Part shown: in pieces, positions 57,117-64,000 of the stretch
How positions within the stretch are numbered: position 1 is the stretch's first letter
How the letters are laid out: each line of letters starts with the position of its first letter
DNA from: Dendrobates tinctorius
Lineage: Eukaryota
Direction of reading: 5' to 3'
Assembly: GCF_039654945.1 (NCBI RefSeq)
Contig: NW_027361869.1
Coordinates: 8,122,001-8,186,000, forward strand
DNA: 64,000 nucleotides
Notes under the pieces: generated by a model
What the model saw: only the letters and a program-made list of their open reading frames with translations
Told to the model about the DNA's origin: nothing
Database searches by the model: none
Program-made: the position numbers and the translations under genes

Positions 57117-58955
57117 GGCTGCTCCTGTCCTTTCCCGTCTCCCCGAGTTGTCTGCTCCACCGCCTGGGTCTCTGCGTCTAGTGACGGGAAGTGACAGGTG
57201 AAGGAAGTAGGGATGATGAATGCTACCAAGGAGATTGTGAGAACCGAGGACCTTCTAAATAATAACCTGGTCACTTCTCCATAAGTTGCTCTGTGTTCAG
57301 GGACTACTCTTTAACCCCTTGCTCCACAGATCTTGATATTCTGGGGTCTCATTCATTTGGTATAACATGATTCGGTTTAGTTCATGATACACCATGATGA
57401 CTAATAACACTTTCTAAGCCGGGATGCTTTGAGACTGAATTTTCTCCCCCATGCAGCACCAGACAGTGAGCTGACGATTTTCCTCTCTGCACTTAGTTCA
57501 TGATTCTCGTGTTTTTCCTCAAATAACAGGAGACATTTGTAGTCGGTGCAGTTTTATCTAGAGATTATGCTGGAGTCTTCACTGTAAAGGGAAGCGGTGA
57601 CGACATTTTAGAAGCAGCGGGAAATTCAAACCCCCTAACCGTCCTGTGTTCAGCCAATCCGCAGAGGGAGGGGAGGAGCTAATGTTCCCAATGGTTGACA
57701 CGTTTGCAGTTCCCGCTTTTTCTGTTCTTTGTCTCCATATAACGCGCGGTCCCAGGACGGAGCGATGTCGGGGAATCTGCAGGTGTTGAGAGGTCGCTGG
57801 TCGCTTACATCCCATACAGGAGTCTGCAGCTGTTCCTGGTTAGAGAATGAATCCGCGTTAGGCAGATGCTGTGATGCCCCGTGTGTCTGACCTGCAGGCG
57901 ATCACATCTCCCTTTCTCGTCATAATCAGTATTGTGGAGACAATATATTGGCTAGAGATGTATCCTACAAGAGACATTTCAGGGGAGACCAATTCTGCTC
58001 TTCCAAGCAGATCCCACCTGCAGCTCCAGGCAGGAGGTCTGTGATGGGAAATGTGCGATCATGTAGAGAAGATTGCCGAGAGCTCAGTGCACAATACATT
58101 ACACTGTGATGTGAGGATCCTCTAGGTCAGACATGTCATGACATCATCTCCCATCACATCCTCCTCACAGATGTTTTTTAAATAATTACTGCAGGATATG
58201 GGGCGATATTGGCGGCTGGGATCAGTCAGGATCACTGCTGAGCTCTGATTTTCAGCCTTTTCTGTCATTATGTTAATAATTGTTTTTCCTAATTAATTGT
58301 AGCTGACAGCAGGTCCCTACTCTGCAGCAATGTGAGCTATGATGTGGTGGAAAAAAGAATCATTGCCAGGGGAAGAAGAAAACACAAATATAAGGACAAT
58401 AGTGTCATAATTGCCCGAAGTAATGATGACTCCTATCATAGCACAAATGTCCCTAATGCGGGAATATAAGACCTGAATAAAGGCAGAGAGGGCTTAGCCC
58501 TGGGGTTAATATAAATGTAATATTCTCTATGAAAACCGGAGATCCTGTGATTACTGAGGACTGAGCCTTATATCAGGCAGTGTATCTACCGGTGTGAGAT
58601 CCCCTGGGCGGCTGCCTGTAATATCTGTGGTTACAGTCTGTTCTGTCCTCCTGACATATACTGGGGCCGTGTCTGCTCCCCTCTATTTGTGCTGCCCATT
58701 TATCTATAGGCTGAATCTGGAATAATTCTCATCACAGGGGAAGAAGTGACATTATATTACAAGCTGGAAAGAAAAGGGAAACTGAACAATGAGCGGGAAA
58801 TTCAAACTCTCCAACAGTTCTGTGCTCAGCCAAACAGCAGAGGAAGGGAGGAGCTCATGTGGATTCTGTAAGCCCCGCCCTGGGGCGCGTCATCTCTGCA
58901 GTTCTCTCTCTGGTCCGTCTCTCCTGTATATAAAGGAGGGGTCGTTCGGTTTTAG

Positions 58956-59294
<339 letters not shown>

Positions 59295-62200
59295 TTGTAT
59301 TCTTTTCTGTGCTGATAACCCAAAGGCTCTTTTCAGAGCCACCCACATCTTCTACCTGAGAGGCTACGATTTCCTATTCCTGCAATCTGGTGCCTGTAAG
59401 TATACTAGTTGTCACAGCCTGGCATGTGTCTTGCACTTTCCTCCTTCCATACTGGAGCTGGCACCGCGGACTTGGGGTGATGTGGTTTATTCTCCTTGAT
59501 CTATAATATACAGCTGCCAGGTTCTGGGGGCATACAGTATATCCGCACTGTGCAGCACAGACATCTCTGCACCACAGTACATACCTCGCTGTGATGTGGT
59601 CACTACAGAGCAGAAATCCAAGTTCTGCCGTGAGATGAACGTGATTCTGCTACAGGTCTTCCTGATCAGATCAGTGTGTGTGTCAGGAGGCAGCGAATAC
59701 TCCCGGGGATTGTCGCTGGATAGATGCGCCTCCCCCAAAGGCTCCTATCAGAGCCGCACACATGTGTTCTACAATTCCTGATATTTGATGACTGCGGTGA
59801 TGGAGTCTGGTCAGATCCTATTTCTCAGGATTGGTGTAAATCCAGTGAGGAGCGGTCACATCCTGTACCGGTAACTGCTCCCCCTTGTTAGTGGCGGCTC
59901 CCCGGTATGTCCAGCGCCTGCATCTCATCACTACCACCCTCCTCATTTACCATCTACATGTGGCCACTGATTGTGACCTCCTGACTGCTCCTAATAACAT
60001 GGACTGGAGCTACAGCCGGCAGCGGTCTCCTGTGCTCGGGCTGATGGATGAAGCCGCTCCCTCCCCGCAGCCGGACATTAGCGGCTCGTTCCCCTCATGA
60101 CGGGGAGGTTTCTGGTGTCTTATCCTATTTATCAGTAGTCGGAGCCAGAAGAGAGAACAGAGTCCGCACCCCGAATGTACAGCGCCGTCATCCGAGCCTG
60201 GCGGACCATAGCGAGGACTGGAGATGAGGCGGCTCCGGAGCCTGTGTATTTCTGAGTGCGGAGAGCGCCATCCCTCCAGAGGAGAAAAAGTCTCGCATAC
60301 AAGATAACTGCATAAATGTGGTTGGTGAGATAATGAGCAGCGGCCACCGTTCTGGGGATTGAGGGGTTAATACAATCTCACTTTACCACATGATCTGCAG
60401 GTATAATGGCCGCTTACTCCTGACAGTGATTGGGAAATGATGTCTCTTCCACAAGCAGAGAACAGTCACTGAAGGGTTAATGATCGAGGGCCGAGAGCAC
60501 GACTGAGCGGGAGATTCAAACCATCAAACGGTTATAAAGCTCCGCCCACAGGAACCGACCAATCGATAGACGTGCTTCCTCCTCCGTTTAACTCCTTATT
60601 GCCCTTCTACCTGCTGCTCCTCATGTACACGTGTTCTCCCGGCAGCGCTCAGCACATCGGGCTCCTCCTGGTAGAACATGTGCGGATTGTATCATCCGAT
60701 CTGTGCTAGATGCGGCCTCCTGTGATCAGTGCGGACCCCACACGGAGACGCCCAGATATAACGTTACCGGGTCTCCGTGTGGGGTCCGCTCCGATCACTG
60801 CTGGAAGTGGAGTTGAGACTGATCAGCCCTGGAGCTGCAGGCAATGTATACACACCCCGTACGGTGCTGCACATCCTCCATACCACCTACTGGGTGGTAT
60901 ACAGCACTACAAAGCCTACGTGTGCTGTATACTCCCCATCTAGTGCTGCAGACACAAATCCGAGAGCATCTGTTCTATATAAGCCTGAATCATGGAATGT
61001 TCCAGCTCAGTGCAAGATTCATTAAATCCTCCCAGACGGATGTCTGTCCAGCCTCTGTTTGAAGACTTCCATTGAAGGAGAACTCAACACCTCCAGTGGC
61101 AGCCTGTTCCACTTATTGATCATCCTCACTGTCAAAAAGTTCTCTTTAATATCTAATCCGTGTCTCCTCCCATTCAGAATCATCTACAGAATACCCCCAT
61201 ATAGTGCTGTAAACCCCAAATAGCTATTGTATGTATAGGCTCACATAGTGCTGGATACCCTCCATATAGTGACATGAGCATAAGGTAGTGCTGATACCTA
61301 CATATTGCTGAATACTCTGCACAAAGTGCTGTGGGCCCTCCATATTGTTCTATATAACATCATATGTGGCTGTATACCCCCATATAGTGCTGTAAGCTGC
61401 CAAATACTGTTGTATACGGACACATTGTGCAGTATACCCTTCAAGTAGTATTATATATCTCCATATAGTGCTGATAATCCAACATATAGTATTTTATAGT
61501 TGAATATCCTGTATCCATACAGTGCTGTATACTCCCCATATATTCGTGCACACCCTCATGTATTATGGATTCACGGCAAGGCCTGCCCTGCTACCAAGTC
61601 ATATGCACCCCAATAACTCCAATCCCCCCTTGGAATAAAATATAGAGGGCCTTTTAAAAAATGTCTCATTAAAAAAAGAACCAGATCTCCTAGACTTGTA
61701 ATGCCCATACACTAAGTGTGTTGGCTGGCAAACATGTTGCCCTGTGGGTTACACCTCAACCTTTTCCATAACCAGTATTTTACGCCCAGCAAAACCACCC
61801 ACCCTTGTTCGTGTGAGGACTCCTGGAGTGGACCCTCTGGGCCATGATTCCAACCCACCCTGGGCGAGCTGACCTGGTAAGGACCACCCAGGGATACAGG
61901 AAGCATCAGAACGCCCTGGGAAATAAAGTACCATGACTGCTGGAACCAGGTGGCAGGCTCGAAGGAGGCACAAGAGACAGTGTTTAGCAGGATGAAGTGG
62001 TGGATGATATAGTAACTGACCCAAGCTAGCAGGAGGACATGCAAAGTGAGGACAGCAGCATAGGGGGAGGGAGGCATAGCGCCCCAACAGCCAGGAAGAA
62101 GCAGTGTGGTTGCCGCAGACAGAAGGCCGGCGACTATTAACAGTAACACCAACATGATGGAAGTTGCCTGTCCATCTGTTAGGCCTTCTCAAGTCTAGTT

Positions 62201-62428
62201 GTTTTTTAATACTCTGCCCATAACCCCAAAAAAGGTCATTTGCACCACCTGCCATGCCAGCATCAGCAGGGGTAGCAAAACTACCAGCCTCACCACCACG
62301 AGCATGATCAGGACCATGGTTGGTAGCAAAGCCGGCAGTATTAAAGGTCAGGAATTCGCTCTTCTTGAGGGAGGATTGGGTGGCTCTGAAAAGAGCCTTT
62401 GTGTTGCAGTCAGGTGGGCAGGACAGAT

Positions 62429-62908
<480 letters not shown>

Positions 62909-63311
62909 CTATTCACGCTTCATGAGGACACGTCCCCTGCATTCCATTGGTTATTTTGTAGAATGTGAGCAGCGAATAGCGTTTGATGTCCGCGACCAAT
63001 CACTGTACAGAGAAGGCTCAACCTGACTCACAGTTCAGCTATCACCCACTGCTCTGATACACAGGGTCACATCCAATCTCCAGGCGGCTTCTACAGCGGA
63101 AGCTCCGATTCTATATTCCCAGTACCCAGAGCGGTACAGCAGCTCCTCTATAATCAGTCACTGACGCTCCAACTCTCACATCGGAGTTATAACCTCACAC
63201 CACTCTTACTAAGATGTGGGTTACAGGTGGTGATAATTAGGATGATGGAAGTAACGTGATTTCTGCTGCACATCGGCCCCTTCCCTCCATTACACAGAAC
63301 TGTCACCTGAA

Positions 63312-63815
63312 GGCACCGATCATACAGCTCTGCGGGGAGGAGGTGGAGGCACTGATCATACAGCTCTGCGGGGACAGGGTGGTGGCACTGATCATACAGC
63401 TCTGCGGGGAGGAGGTGGAGGCACTGATCATACAGCTCTGCGGGGACAGGGTGGTGGCACTGATCATACAGCTCTGCGGGGAGGAGGTGGAGGCACTGAT
63501 CATACAGCTCTGCGGGGAGGAGGTGGAGGCACTGATCATACAGCTCTGCGGGGACAGGGTGGTGGCACTGATCATACAGCTCTACGAGGACAGGGTGGTG
63601 GCTCAGATCATACAGCTCTGCGGGGACAGGGTGGTGGCACCGATCATACAGCTCTGCGGGGACAGGGTGGTGGCACTGATCATACAGCTCTACGAGGACA
63701 GGGTGGTGGCACCGATCATACAGCTCTGCGGGGACAGGGTGGTGGCACTGATCATACAGCTCTACGAGGACAGGGTGGTGGCACCGATCATACAGCTCTG
63801 CGGGGACAGGGTGGT
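63312..63815 (-). repeat. 14 x 36-bp H1-linked array, copy 2
   Basis: Same as 5977-6480; H1 stem-loop at 63816-63831. Confidence 0.97.
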
Positions 63816-63858
63816 GGCTCTGAAAAGAGCCTTTGTGTAAAATAACTGGGTCCGCAAC

Positions 63859-64000
63859 TTATTTCTTGGCCGCGGGCTTCTTGGCTTTCTTAGCCGGACT
63901 CTTGGCAGCTTTAGGTTTGGCCGCCTTTTTAGCCGGACTCTTCGTCGCCTTCTTAGGCTTGGGAGCGGCTTTCGACTTCTTGGGGCTCTTGGCCGCTTTC
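63859..64000 (-). CDS. H1: Histone H1, copy 2 (3' part only, cut by window edge)
   Basis: Matches 6524-6665. Confidence 0.95.
   Translation of the reverse strand, partial: KAAKSPKKSKAAPKPKKATKSPAKKAAKPKAAKSPAKKAKKPAAKK

Noticed and set aside
57311-58509. TTAACCCCTT ... GGGGTTAA as ends of a piggyBac-like MITE
   Set aside because: Only about 8 bp of inverted match, and similar GGGTTAA words are scattered elsewhere; insufficient support.

Overview
Vertebrate replication-dependent histone gene repeat, probably from an anuran amphibian (inferred from the histone sequences and the L2/CR1/sushi-type/Penelope repeat content). A compact quintet H2A(-) H2B(+) H4(+) H3(-) H1(-) of about 8.6 kb recurs with a period of about 57.3 kb (1-6665 is almost identical to 57334-64000). 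Between H1 and the next H2A lies a 47-kb tract (about 8047-54860) of a 36-bp satellite with roughly 900 units. The tract is interrupted by a chromodomain Gypsy element, a solo LTR, an L2 LINE, three Penelope-like inserts carrying hammerhead ribozyme motifs, and four composite cassettes (L2 RT core + copied array border + H3 3' fragment). Main observation: read on the minus strand, the 36-bp unit is a histone pre-mRNA 3'-processing element, made of the 3' arm of the stem-loop, an ACCACC cleavage region and a U7-snRNA-complementary histone downstream element (HDE), AGAGCTGTA. A 14-unit array of it is fused in exact phase to the H1 stem-loop. All units inspected face the same way as H1, H2A and H3, and an E2F/CHR/Myb promoter-like module points into the large array. 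This suggests a possible U7-snRNP-binding satellite RNA or histone-locus-body scaffold. That function is inferred, not shown. The many 12-aa-periodic ORFs in the track are satellite artefacts.
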